Shown in pieces: positions 39,691 to 52,633 of a stretch of 64,000 nt of DNA (position 1 is the first letter of the stretch; the number at the start of each line of letters is the position of its first letter). The notes under the pieces are model-generated. The model saw nothing but the letters and a program-made list of their open reading frames with translations. It searched no databases and was not told the DNA's origin. The stretch comes from Chiloscyllium plagiosum (taxonomy: Eukaryota), in contig NC_057718.1 in the NCBI RefSeq assembly GCF_004010195.1, forward strand, positions 51,716,373 to 51,780,372, written 5' to 3'. The position numbers were made by a program, and so were the translations under genes.

Positions 39691-40979
39691 AAATAGCAGA
39701 ACATTACAAAAACAGAGAATGACTGAGACATGTCATTTAATGTAAATAGTGTTAATTGACATTTTGTTTCTTATCCATTGGGTCAGATGAGGCAAATGTC
39801 AAACAAAAAAATAACAGGAAAGATTGTTTAAAGGTTCCTGGGGAGTGGCACTTGGTGGGGGGAAATGATGATGCCCAGTGGAGGTCCTTGGGGCTGATGG
39901 GGGCATTTGTCAATGGCATTCTGAGAGCTAGAAGCTCTCATGGATGCAGCCATTTTGTGGTTCTTGATTCCAGGAAAACCATATCAAAAGTCTGAGTATG
40001 ACAAGGTATTTTCCAGAAAAAGAGATAATGGGGCTCTCACTGGCTTTCCAACTGGGGTCAAGACTTCCATTGTCTCCACACAATTCAACTCTGGATCTGG
40101 AATTTTGTATAAGGGTGTAATGGTTCAGAAATGTCAAGGAGCAGATTAAGTCCGTCTGATTTGATGAGGTGACCTGGGGACAGAGAATAATTCTTTGTTC
40201 TGTTTAATTGCAGAAGTACAACCTAATAATTTTTATGATAGTCTTGTAGCAACATCTGTTATGATAACGTAACTTCTGTCTATTTATTATTGTACAATAA
40301 TCTCCATCTTGTTTAAGACAATATCTCTTCTCATTAGAAAACCAGGTGGTTTTCCTCAACTTCACCAAGAAAAAGGATCTTGGCAAAAATATGTTTCACC
40401 AAGATGAGCTGTGGCAAGAATCCAACAGGCAACATAAAACATTTTTCTAAAATGCAGTAAACATACTGTAACAATGTAATGAAAAGAACAAAGTTCTAAG
40501 AATTGTATTCCACTCCTTCCAAGTCTTTTCCTGTGTTTTTTCCCCAATGTCAACTGATCACTTCAAGACATCATAATTCATGCAAGATGTAAAATGAATG
40601 AGATTCTCATCATGAGTGCCACAATATAGCTAGCAATTGTATAACAAGAGACATGTTTTCATTGGCTCAGACAAGTTGTGCTAATTTCTCAAGTCATCTC
40701 AAGTCCTCCTGTGAAAAGTAGCATTAGTAGCTTAACATAACATTAAAGGGCAATTCTCAAACAGTCCTCTGAAATGACAGATAAAAGTGCTTGCACGCTT
40801 CGTACGATAAGAGTGATTGTCAAATTTTACATGATGAGAAACCCTGTTGCACAATGAATATAAACTGAAATATGTTAGGGAGAAGGAAATTTCATTCATT
40901 TTTTGCTTCTGAAATAGATTTTTCTTGTAAGAAGAAACAAATAAAACCCATGTTATTGGGGTTCAAATGTCCTGCTTAC

Positions 40980-41363
40980 CTCTCTCACAAGATTTGCCAA
41001 GAAATCCAGTTCCAGAGCAATCACAAATGTACCTGTTCCAGCCTTCTCTACAAACACCATTGTTTCGGCATGGATCACTAAGGCACTGCTTTGGACCTTC
41101 CTTTGCACAGGAAGGTTTAACTCCAGCCACATTTTGGATTTCAGCCATTCTCCGTATATCTTTGCTTTGACCATCGATGAACAAGTCTCTGATACATCCT
41201 ACATATCCGTAGTTAAGAAGAGCTGTCCACACTTCTGTTGGGAAAATAAGAGCTGCTTTGTTCTCAGGTAGTCCACCCAAATATAAGTCATCATCCAGGT
41301 CCAGAATTTCACTCTCCCCATGTGCCATATATGGTGAACGCTTGCTGTTAATGGTGATAGTAC
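40980..41363 (-). CDS. NRXN1: Alpha-neurexin internal exon, 384 nt, phase 1-1: (G)[71 protein letters not shown]...[35 protein letters not shown] (C-terminal LNS3 + EGF-B)
   Basis: Acceptor ttttctctccag|GT ACT ATC; donor GAG AGA G|gtaagc. The translation is unmistakably neurexin. [14 protein letters not shown] and DGQSKDIR match NRXN1 as I recall it. Paralog assignment is less certain than the family. Confidence 0.97.
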
Positions 41364-42744
41364 CTGGAGAGAAAAGTAAAAAATAATATTGAAATTTAAT
41401 GTTTTTTTAATATCTTCTTCACTGGGAATTGATTATATGGGCACTCACTTTGGCTGAGATATCACTTTTCATTTAAGAAAAAAGGTGAGTCCACATTTTT
41501 TGTAATATACATATTTGCTGCATCTCAACTAAAGCAATACCATTCAGTGTTTCCTTAGCAACGGGAATGTAATGATACCATAAGAGGAGTAAAAATGCTG
41601 ATGAAGCCACAAAAATGAGTTTCATAATAAGCACTTATCATTCATTTTCCTATATGACTGCAATAATCAATTAATATCAACATTTAATAAATTCTTGGAG
41701 ATGCAAAATGTTATGGTTGCTGATCTTCAAAATCTTCACAGGCATTGAAGATTAAATAAACCTTCAATACTATTTTTCACCATGTTCCAGATGTATTTTT
41801 AATCAACCTGTTCGGACATATTATGACATCCCTCTGGAGAAATTAGGACTTTAACCCAGGCCTCCTGGCCCAGCGGTAAAGACATTACTACTGTGCCACA
41901 AGAGCTCTTACACTCATGTTCTACATTATTCATGAACCAACTGAAACCATATGCCACCATTACATTAACCATCAACATTTCCTGAGCATGTTTCGTGACC
42001 ATGTTATTCAATTTTCAATTTGCTTCCTCTGAATCTTATCAGTTTTGGCACTGAACCAGACAAGGAGAAACAAGCTAAAACTTTGAAAAAATGTGCAGTT
42101 TCACCCTTTTGCTATATTTTAGCATGATGTCTCATTGCCAATGGTTTAATAACTTCACCATTTGTGAATTATTGAATTCTAAAGAATTATTGTCTCTGTT
42201 TGGTTTTTCCATCTCTGAGGCATCTGTTCCAAATATGCAACCTTCCACATTAGTGCATTAAAAATGTACTTTTTTTTTCCCCTTATCTGAGGATTCTCAC
42301 CTGGTATGGCTGACAGGGCCCTTCGCCATGTAGAATACATCTTACGTACTTCATCCATCATTCCTTTCCCTACCTTCCAAGACATTGATATCATTCCCTT
42401 TGGCTTCAACTTTCAACCCATCAGTTTCTGTATTCAATGGATCATGCTTTGTTACTCTACTGTGATGCCACTACCACATTTTCTCCTCCTCACCCTTTTA
42501 TGTTTTGTAATGCCACATGAAGTGTTTGGATTCAAACCAGACTGGTTGAGAAGCAGGCAAGATCAAGACTTATCTTCAGGCTTGGACTTTTTTATAACAC
42601 TGGTTATTGCATCGTAAGACGAAATTCTTCTATACATTGTATTCAAAAATGTACCAGGCTTTAATTTTACGAGTACATTATTCAAAAGTTATCCCATGAA
42701 TTCTACCACCAACTGCTCATCAATATTCCACATACTTCTCTACA

Positions 42745-43135
42745 TTCTGGAATATTGTGTCCAGGTCTGGTTGCCCAGTTTTGGAAGGATATTATTAAGC
42801 TGGAAAGGGTTCAAAAGAGATTTACCAGGATTTGTGGGTTGTGGAAGGTTTGAGTTGTAAAGAAAGGCTGGTTAGGCTGGGACGTTTTTTCACTGGAGCA
42901 TAGGAGGTTGAGAGGCAGCCTTGTAGAAGTTTTAAAATAATGAGTATAAATAAAGGAAGTGGTTGATGTGGTATAATTACAATGTTTAAAAGACATTTGG
43001 ATAAGTACATGAAGAGGAAAGGTTTGGAGGGATATGGGCCAGGACCAAGCAGGTAGGTCTCGTTTTGTTTGGGCTTATGTTTGGCATAGAATAGTTGGAC
43101 CAAAGGTTCTGTTTCTGTGTGTATGACACAATGAT
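42745..43135 (+). mobile_element. CR1 LINE 3' end with an internal deletion
   Basis: KDIIKLERVQKRFTR motif and a tail matching 30000-30625. Short tail-only copies lie at about 33440-33550 (+) and 38520-38720 (-). Confidence 0.85.
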
Positions 43136-43349
43136 TGTTTGCACTTTCTACATGATTAGTCTTCGGGTTCCTGCCTCACACTCCACATACTTTTCTTTCT
43201 TCACTCCTCGTACCATGTGTTATTAATGATCAGTAAGGTGTAGCTTCATGATATCTTCACAAGGTTTCTCCATGGTCCGAAAGTTCTTATGAATTATCCC
43301 AGAGGTATCATTCCATCTGGGATACCTTGATTCACTCCTCTTTCATCCC

Positions 43350-43730
43350 AAGCAACCCCTTCCATTCAAGCACAGGAGATGCCATCCCAGTCCTTTCACC
43401 GTCTCCTTTCTCAATGTCCAAGAACGTCATGGAGACTGCTATGTATCTCTACTTCTCTCAGTTTCACAAAGTAATTTCCTCTACCTTCGGCAGACCAAAC
43501 AGAATCCGGACACCCGTTTTGTGGAGCACCTTGGTTCAGCTGGAAGCATGAGGGTCCAGTCACCTGCCATTTTGTTTTTTTGCCATGCTTCCTCTGTAAC
43601 TTTTAGGCCCATTTCCTGCTGCAGTGTTTGAATGGGGATCAATGCAAGCGCAAGGAAAAGCACCTCAACTTTCATCTTGGTACTATACATCCTTCTGAAA
43701 TCAACACTGAGTTCAACAACTTTCGACTGT
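43350..43730 (+). mobile_element. Decayed Penelope-like GIY-YIG remnant
   Basis: LYLRQTKQNPDTRFVEHL (about 43479) and EKHLNFHLGTIHPSEINTEFNNFR (about 43655) resemble the LYIGET...RF.EHL and EE.LIFRLGTLQP.GIN motifs. Confidence 0.7.
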
Positions 43731-44434
43731 AACCTCTGTCTCCATCTTATTCTGGGTTTTATGTTTGCTGACTTGTTCTTTCTGTATCTCTCCATGTAGT
43801 ATTCAGGTAGCTGCTCTACGTCCATCCACATCTCACCTGAATAAAAGCTTTATTTCTCTTTTTTTTTCTCTCATTCCCATTCGCTTTTGCCTTTTGCATC
43901 ATGGAATGTTTCATTATTTATCACCCGTCCCCTCCAATTTATCATTGACCTTTTGGTCTTCCTGCCCCAACCCTGGTTCTACAGATTTCAAACCTGTTAC
44001 ATTTCTTTCTTTCTTCTGAAAAGCCTAAAATATTGAGTAGAATTCTCCTCCACTTGGTGTGGCCAAGAATCATGCCAAACACGGTGATTATGAGGGGCTA
44101 GAATGGCTAAGTATTGTGAAAATTTTCCCAAATTTCTCAAGCCTTAAATGTCAAATTCAGAATATTGCCCTGGTGGCAACAATATTATTTCCTTGCATTT
44201 GTATTAAGTTAAAGGGTAACTCATTTTATTTACATCCTATTTCCAATTTTCCTCTCCTCTGCTGAGAAACAAACATGCAAATTCATGACAGGAAAAACAG
44301 AGCAGATATCTGGTAGCTGCAGCTCATTGAATGCCTATCCTGGCCATCATATCATTGCTTCTAACTCTCAATGTTCCTGGATGCGCAATGGCCACCATCC
44401 TTCTCAAGTGTTTGTCCACATAACTTTATAGCTA

Positions 44435-44550
44435 CCTGACCAATTGAGCAGCGCTTTGAAAATTTGTACTTCCAAATAAACCTGTTGGACTATAACCTGG
44501 CGTTGTTTGATTTTTAACTTAGTCCAACCCAGTCCAACACTGCCACCTCC
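44435..44550 (+). mobile_element. Another copy of the 8.7-kb short-element family
   Basis: taaacctgttggactataacctgg...tgatttttaactt is shared with 8787-8829. Confidence 0.65.
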
Positions 44551-45073
44551 TCATCATAACTTCACATTGACATGCCACAAGCTTCACCACATTATCATGC
44601 CTGCTCTCAAACCAATTCAGACGTCACCTCAGGGTTTTAACACTTGCATGCTTCTACCAGGTCACTCTGTAAGCAGGAACCACCACACATCTCATGATAT
44701 GCTCACTATGTTTTTGCACCAACATGCCAATATGCATCTTTAACGCTCTTAGCTTGCTTGGCACTGACTCACTTTAGGACTTGCTTGGTTACTACCAGTC
44801 CTGCCTGTTTCACATTCCTTTCTCAGCGCATACTGATTTTAGCACTGAGTTAACAGCCTGCCAGAGTCTGAGTATAATTTGCTTTATAGCACTGTGGAAC
44901 AGATTGGCAGCTTGTGATGTTATAGGGGCACTGAACAGTCAGTCTGTCAGTCTGCAGACGTGTTATTTTATGACACACTAATGGCAGAGTTGCAACATAT
45001 GACAGCAGTTTATGTGGCAAACACAGTCCATGTTCTTTAGCAATATGGCAATACGTAGAAGTAAATATGTGGG

Positions 45074-45412
45074 ATGGCACAGTGGCGAGCACTGCTGCCT
45101 CACAGCACCGGGGACCTGAGTTTGATTCCAGCCTCAGGTGACTGTCTTTGTGGAGTTTGCACAATCTCCCTGTATCTGCATGGGTTTTCTCTGGGTGCTC
45201 CGGTTTCCTCCCACAGTTATAATATGTGCAGGTTAGGTGAATTGGCAATGCTAAATTGTCCATAGTGTTCAAGGATGTGTAGGTTAGGTGCATAAGTCAG
45301 GGGTAAATGTAGGGTAAGCGGGTAGGGAAATGGGTCTGGGTAGGTTACTCATTGGAGGGTCGATGTGGACTTGTTGGGCTAAATCGCCTGTTTCCACACT
45401 GTAGGGATTCTA
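45074..45412 (+). mobile_element. tRNA-derived HE1/V-SINE-type element
   Basis: A box tggcacagtgg, B-box-like gtttgattcca, core tgtggagtttgcac...gggtgctccggtttcctcccacag, tail cacactgtagggattctat. Confidence 0.85.
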
Positions 45413-46954
45413 TAAGTCTACGAAAGGGAAACAGTCCTTAGTGAGGTGAAAGGAAGTTAGAGTCCATCAATTAATGGACAGTTAGTCAATGGGCTCATCA
45501 GATGACACTACAGCGCGTTGAACATGTTCAGTCGTGCAGATCAAGTGTAAGCAGTTCAGGAATTCCTGGCAGCTTGTTTGGGTGCTGCAGAGACATCAGT
45601 TCTAGGGATGGGTCAGTTCATCCTAAAATGACACTGAGACACGGACTAAGTAATGTTGGAACTGGATGCAGGAAGAGTTTGTGGTCATGAATGAACAGCA
45701 GAGATGGTATAAATGTCCTCACTTAGTGCCTAGGAAGCACAAAGCGAATGAAGGATTAGTCGCTTATGAGAATGAAAGTGGTGTGAGTGCTTGAATGGAC
45801 ATGATACATGCAATAGTGACAGCTGTAATCCATGAGCATTGGTGAGATATGTGTGCAGTGGCCGAGTTTACCCTGGCGGACTGCAGATAGTCAGAGACCT
45901 TCTTGTGGCTTTGGTGGGCATTCCCTTTGATGTGGAACACAGCTTTGAGCTGTGTTGAACTTTTGTCCAATTGGCTGGATGTATTGGTATCACCTCCCTT
46001 GCGGTCAACAGAAAAATGGACTGCACTTTTCTCTATGATCCCATTCATCCATTCCTACAAACCACTGTCCTGGAGGAGCTTCCTTTCCTCTGTGGCATTT
46101 TTCGGATTGAACAGTGCAGTTTGAAAGGAAGCACCTGGTTGGCAGCATCCGAGGTGGTATTAAATTTGGCACTGGGACACACATGCCGTAGTTCACTTCT
46201 ACCTATCTGGTGAATCTCCCCATAAAACACTCCCAATAGCTCAGTTGAATAATTAGTGAGGTGGGAAAAGAAAAACTGCATGAGAAAATTCATCCTGAGC
46301 TATGGTGGACTGGACACTATGAAACTCCCTCGACACACCCTTTAATCATAAATGGACACATTTAGCACCTTAACTGTTTCTCTCCATAGATGCTGCCTCA
46401 TCTAATGAATACTTCCACTATGTTTTGCTTTTATTTCAGATATCCCACAAACTGACAGTATTTTGCTTGTGTAAACTCTTGCAGTCAACAGTGATGGAGA
46501 CTTCAGGCTAGAAAAAAAAAAGTACCTGATTTCCTTGAAAATGAAACTGTCCTTGGACTCTAACATGCTTTGGAAGCATGACAAAATCTAAATTTACAGT
46601 AGCTACCTGCATTTGTCACCAGGGGTTTGAGTTCGGTAAGTAATTCCTGGAAAATGGTATTATGGGTCACTCCAAATCACTTTGACACACTTTCTGTGTC
46701 ATGGTTACAAAACAGCTAGAAGCCTGACAAAAATTCAATTACCTTACCATGTAACATGTCTTTGGATATCTAAAGGAAGGGGATGAAATAAAATTGTTAC
46801 TTCTAAACATAAGTTCCTGCAGGTTATATTGATACAAAGCTAGCACAATGTTTGCAGATTTTGAAGACCTTGTTTTGAAATCATCTTTCTTTCTAAATTA
46901 ACATTCCATAAAGAGAGAAGAACTTCTTATCATGGATCACTAGTCCAGTAACTT

Positions 46955-47310
46955 TTTTATTCATTTCACGGGATGTGGGTGTCACTGGCTAGGCTAACAT
47001 TTATTGCCCATCACTAATTGTCCAGAGGACATTTGAGAGTCTACCACCATTGCTGTGGGTCTGGAGTTACATACAGGCCAGACCAGATAAGGATGACAGA
47101 TTTCTTTCCCTAAAGGACATTAGTGAACCAGATAGGTTTTTCCAACAATTGACGATGGATTTGTGGTCATCATTACACTCTTAATTCCAGATTCTTTATC
47201 AAATTCAAATTCCACCATTTGACACGGCAGGATTTTAAACTGAGTTCCCAGAATGGTAACTGGGTTTCGAGATTAATAGTCTAGCAGTAATGCTACTAAG
47301 CTATTGCCTC
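46955..47310 (-). mobile_element. tRNA-headed SINE with an L2-type tail (SacSINE1/DeuSINE-like); head fragments at about 49810-49935 (-) and 50290-50440 (+)
   Basis: Tail shared with the 1265 and 38835 LINE ends; central ccctaaaggacattagtgaaccagat domain; tRNA-like head. Confidence 0.65.
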
Positions 47311-47666
47311 CTTTTAGTGGTATGACAAGCATATGCATTTTTTTAAGTGGATCCTTTACAATTCCCTCATGTATTATTAAAAAAACACATATTAACAACT
47401 GATAGTAGGTCTAAATAGAACAAAATCTCCTATCAAGACTCACAGTAAGGAATACGAAAACTCTCCAGTTAATATGTGAAGGGAGAGGATTAGAATGGAA
47501 AGAGGGTATAGTAAATAATATTTATATCATATATGACACAATTATGAAAAGTGTAGACAGACATTTTTAAGTTAATCTTAAAAAAAATCTTTGTTTATAC
47601 TTTGAGGTTTTGAAGATTAAGGCAAGCAGAACACATCAGAACACAATTATTTGATAGTTATTGGCT

Positions 47667-48707
47667 GTAATACTGTAGTGATTGGAACTAGGTGGACCTC
47701 ATTGACTATGAGATCCTTGATTGGGGTTGTTAACCTGGGCCAATCAGGTAGCCCTGGCAGACCAATGTTAACAGGCATTTGCAGGATGACTGGGAACTGG
47801 GTGGTCAATGACCAGCCTGCAGGAAAGTGGGCCTGAGGAGGGTCAGTCAGTATGCAGGGTGACCAGAGACCAGAAGGCCGACGGCTGTCCTGCAGGAAAG
47901 CTAGCCAAGGACGGTCTGATCAGTATGTGTTGTGGACTGGTGTCCGGTGTCTTTTTTATAGCTATATTGTGTCTGTGTTCTATGCACTGTTTCTCAATTG
48001 ATTGCACAGTCTTGCCTGTGTTTGTTACTGTTATCTTTGTGATGAATGGAAGTAGGATTTGAGCTTTGTCCTCATCTCCCTGAAAACTGGTTGAATGGTG
48101 GGGTTTGGGGTTTGACCTCAAAATCTTTTCCCCTGTACATAGTGTTTTTTTGTGAACTGCTGCTTTCTGTTTATTGTTAACTGTATTTTGTACTATTTAA
48201 TAAAATTAAGAACAGGAATGTCTGCCTTAGAGTGGCCAGAGGGTAGGGGGGATGAGTGGGTTGCTGGGTGTGTGTGTGTAGGGTGGGTTGGGCGTGGGCA
48301 ATGTAGGGTGTGGGGGTTGGGAGGTCTGTATTCTATGGACAGTTTCTTGTCTAATTGGACTATCTTGTATGTATCTGTTACTGTTCCTTTTGTGATGACT
48401 GAAAGTGGGATTTGAGGTTTGTCCTCAATCTCCCTGAAAACTGGTTGAACAGTGGGGTGTGGGGTTTGGAGTTTGGCTTTGCAGCTCTTTCCCCTGTACA
48501 TAGTGTCTTTTTGTGAACTGCTGCTTTCTGGTTATTAACTGCATTTTTTTACTGTTTAATAAAATTTAAAAAAAATGTAAACAGGGATTTAGAATCTCCT
48601 CAGTTCAGAGGACTGACTCCGAGCTGGCTGGGCCACAGCCAGTGTACTGTGCACAAGTGTAAAGGGTGACTTGGTAATGAGATACTGGCCTCCGTGCAGT
48701 TATTTCA
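47667..48707 (+). mobile_element. Putative solo LTR split by an A-tailed retro-insertion (47781-48573)
   Basis: Begins TG, contains CCAAT, resumes at about 48574 and ends ...gttatttCA. The 3' half is repeated at 49011-49128. The insert is flanked by aatgttaacaggcattt / aatgtaaacagggattt (15/17). Confidence 0.6.
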
Positions 48708-51538
48708 GCCCTCACCTACACACGTGCTCAGGCCTTCAAAAAATTAATTCAGTGTTCAGGAGTGGTTGTGTCTGACCAAAGCGATATTGACCCTTCTTTA
48801 GATTTCTTCTTAGATTTTTTATTGTCATGTGTACTCGAGTACAGGAATACAGGAGTACAATGAAAAGTGTACAAAGTCACTATTTGCCACCTTAGACGGG
48901 ATTAAAAACAGAAGCAGAAATAAAAGAAACAGCCAGTGAGAAAGGAAACACCCAGATCACTTCCCCACCTCTACCATGTGCCGAGAAAAAATATTTATAT
49001 AAACTGGACTTCAGAATCTCCTCAGTTCAGAGGATTGATTCCAAGATGGATGGCCAAGCCAGTGTACTGTGAGCAAGTAAATAAAGGGTGACTTGGTGAT
49101 GGGATACCAGCCTCTGTGCAGTTTTTCCAATTTCATGGACAATTTTGGATAAGACTCCTCAGGAAAGATGTACAGGCCTTTGAAAGGACACAAGGGAGGT
49201 TTACCAGGGAGAGATCAGTCGGATAACATTTTGACCCTGGACACTGGGCTCAAAATGTTAGTTTTGTTTCTCTACAAATGCTGCCAGTTCTACAGTGTTC
49301 CTCAAGAACTCTCTGTTTGTGATTCAGATTTCCAACAGCTGCAGTTCTTTGTTTTATTTATCTGATGTAATCTGGTTATAAAGAGAGCACGGATGGCTAT
49401 GAGGTGATTGAATAACTTTTTATCAAGGTGGTGAGAAGAATTCATGGAGTGGATAGGGAAAGAATTCCCTTTAGCAAATAGATCAATAACCAAAGGTCCC
49501 TGACTCAAAATCATTGGTATAAGAATTACAGCAGAAAAGCACAGAATGTTTTCACTCAGAGTTGGTGGAATTTGTACTAGATGAAAAGGTGGTGGAGATT
49601 GATTCCATAATTATTTTAAAATGAAGTTCAAAAGATACTTGAGAAGAGGAAGCTACAAAATGGCCAAACAGTGGGATGTTGGATAAAAAATGATTGCTTT
49701 TTCAGAACGCCAGCACTGGTCTGATCAGCTAAATTACTCTGTCCATACTGTATGTTTCTATGGTTTACAGACAAATCAATGATTTATTGTACCACTACGT
49801 TTGTCACAATTAGACTAGCTTTTAATTCCAATTTTTAAAATCAAATTTCAGCATCTGCCATGGCAAAATTTGAACTCAAATTCTCAGAACGTTAGCTAGC
49901 GCTTATGGATTTGTAATCTAGTGATGTTACCACTATAAAAGAACGGAGGGTCCAGAGCTTAAGGGAATGTTAATAGGACAAATGAACGAACAAAAGGTAG
50001 ATCGAGAGACTGTGTGAATGGCGGAATCAAGGATAGCTGAGACAAAAATCTCATCTTTTGATCAGTTACCCTATTGCACTCTGGATTCAAAAGTCACTTT
50101 AATAAATTCAGATTGCAATCAGTGACCCTATTTTATCGATTATTATGGAGGTTATAATGAGACAAGTAGGGATTTTTTTTTGATTAAGAGTGAGTTGCGA
50201 GAGCTTGTTGGAGGGATTCACTCATGAAACCTACCATGTTCTCTGGACGTATCATACCGAACTTGCCATATAAATTCCACTTTTCTTTTGTAGTGGAAAC
50301 ATCACTGGACTAATAATCCACAGGCCTCAGGCTATGTTCTGTGAACACAGGTTCAAAACTCACCATGGCAAATGTTGAAATTTTAATATAGTAGAAAATA
50401 ATAGAATGAAAAGCTAGACTAATGGTGACTATATAAGCATTGCCTACAGAACTATTGTCATATATATTTTAAAAACACCTGGTTCATAAACATCCTCTCA
50501 CAACTGATTTCCACCCTATCTTGCCATACACCATTCCGAGAATATCTTGACACTCAGTGGATATCCATATAAAGACCAGTATCCCTTCCACCAACTTCAA
50601 ATTTCAAAGCTCATTGTAGACCTGGACAAGCATTGTCAGTCCAAAGCTGCCCTGTGCAGTTCCTGATATTTGCACAGACATGGGAGACAGGGAGAAATTA
50701 GCACTCTGCTTTAGAGGGAGAGTCTTCGAAGCCCAGCTGGATGGAGTGGTGACAAAGCAGGACTTCCTCCTCCCCCAGGACCAGAGTGTGACCATAACAC
50801 CAGACCATGTTAGCCCTGTCCAAGGTTGTAACCAGGATTAAAGTAGACTCAGATATCCGAAGGAATCACTAGCAATGTAGGAAGAAGTTCAATTTCCTTT
50901 TCCACTCCATCGGGGTAGGTTTCATTATCTTCTCTCTGATGCTTCATACTCATTTTAACTTTGTGACTGTACTCAGCTCCAAAAAAAGACTCATGGTCTA
51001 TCACTCTCATCACTGCCTGCTACATCTTCCCCATTCGCTCTCACACACCCCAGTCATTGACAACATTAATCCAGCATGCCCTCCACACTGCCCAGCCATT
51101 CACTTGGGACATCTCCTCACTTACGCCAACAGTAATGTCTGTGCCACTAGCTTTCATTTCCCTTAATACCTGACTCTCATTCTATGAGGAAAATAATCCA
51201 CCACAGGGCAGAAAGGCTCAAGATAGGCCGTGTGATGAGAAGATGCTGATTCTGACGGCCCTGTATATGCCCTGGCATACCATTGGAGGCTGCCGTTGAC
51301 TTATTTTGCGAGAAACCTGAAAGCAAAAGCTGTTTCCTTGGCTTACCTGAGGCCTACTGACAACTATGGAAGCTTCCTGGCTTTGTGTCTGTGCTAACTG
51401 GCATGGTCAAGACTGCAGCACTGTGAGCCTGGTATCTCTGGCTGAGGAATCAAAGCAGAAAACGGCAAGACAAAGCAATGCAAGGTGAGCATCTGAGTGG
51501 AAATAGAGTGACCAAGTGAACACCCTAAAGGTGCAGTC

Positions 51539-51636
51539 AAGATTAAAGTGGTGCTGAAAAAGCACAGCAGGTCGGGCAGCATCAGAGGAGGAGGAAAATC
51601 GACGTTTCGGGCAGGAGCCCTTCATCAGGAAGGGCT
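51539..51636 (-). mobile_element. Penelope-derived element with an intact hammerhead core, sense to the neurexin pre-mRNA
   Basis: Minus strand CTGATGA-a-gggc(tcct)gccc-GAAAC-GTC at 51628-51601. Putative TSD ccctaaaggtgcagtc / ccctagaggtccagcc (13/16). Confidence 0.8.
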
Positions 51637-51739
51637 CCCTAGAGGTCCAGCCTGGGCTAGTCAATGAGTAGGATGTGCCTTCTTAAGTGCACAGTATCCT
51701 TGCTGCTGCATTACAATGATAGTTGCTGGCACATCATGA

Positions 51740-52470
51740 AGTGCAGGACACAAAATGGTCCAGCACTGGAAAAGGCTCTTCAGCCCATCATGTCTGCACT
51801 GACAATGATGCCATTCTAAACTAATCCCATCTGCCTGCATCTGGTTCAATCCCTCTATTCCCTGCCTGTTTTTGTACTATTTAAACACCTCATTAATAAT
51901 GCTATTGTACACCTTCTACCACACCTCTAGCAGAGTTTTCCAGGACCCACCACCCTCTGTGTATAAGTCTTGCCTTACATATCTCCTTTAAACATTCCCC
52001 TTCTCACTTTAAACCTATGTCCCCCAGCATTTGACATTTTCATCCACAACTCTCATGATTTGACATATTTCCATCAGGCAACCCCTCAGCCTCTGAAACT
52101 CCAGGGTGAAAACAATCCAAGTTTGTCCAGCTAATACACTCTAATCCAGACAACATCCTGGTAAACCTTTTGCACCCTTTTCAAAGCCTCTGCATTCTTC
52201 CTGTAGTATGGTGACCAGAGCTGCACATAATACTCCAAATGTGCCTAACTAGACATGTAGACAAATGCAAAAAAGAGTTGCCAACTTTTATACTTGATGC
52301 CCCAACCAATGATGGCAAGCATGCTGAACAATTTCCTTACCACCTTGTCATTTTCAGGGAATTATGGGCTTGCATCCCAAGATTCTCTGTATATTAATGC
52401 TCCTAAGGAGCCTTGATACTGTCCTCATGCATTTGACCTCCAAAAATGCTTCACTTCACATTTGTTACCA
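51740..52470 (-). mobile_element. CR1 LINE 3' fragment
   Basis: Reverse complement of the CR1 RT C-terminus and 3' UTR (caacatcctggtaaaccttttgcaccctt; gctgcacataatactccaa). Confidence 0.75.
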
Positions 52471-52633
52471 AAGTATTTGACAATAAATTATCATTGGCAA
52501 TTGGTAAGCCATTGCTGCCTAGTCAGATTTTCACCACAATATTCACGAAGAGCATAACTGGTGTCATGGGTTGTTCCCAATATTGAGATGGACCCTGTTG
52601 CACTAGAGGTTCAATTCTGCCACACATTTCAGC

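Noticed and set aside
45074..45135. tRNA-like A/B boxes
   Set aside because: This is the head of a HE1-type SINE, continuing into the SINE core and tail; there is no complete cloverleaf.
51341..51352. Strong minus-strand donor-like site (tcag|gtaagc)
   Set aside because: I found no convincing upstream acceptor giving a frame-preserving exon, and it lies in repeat-rich sequence.
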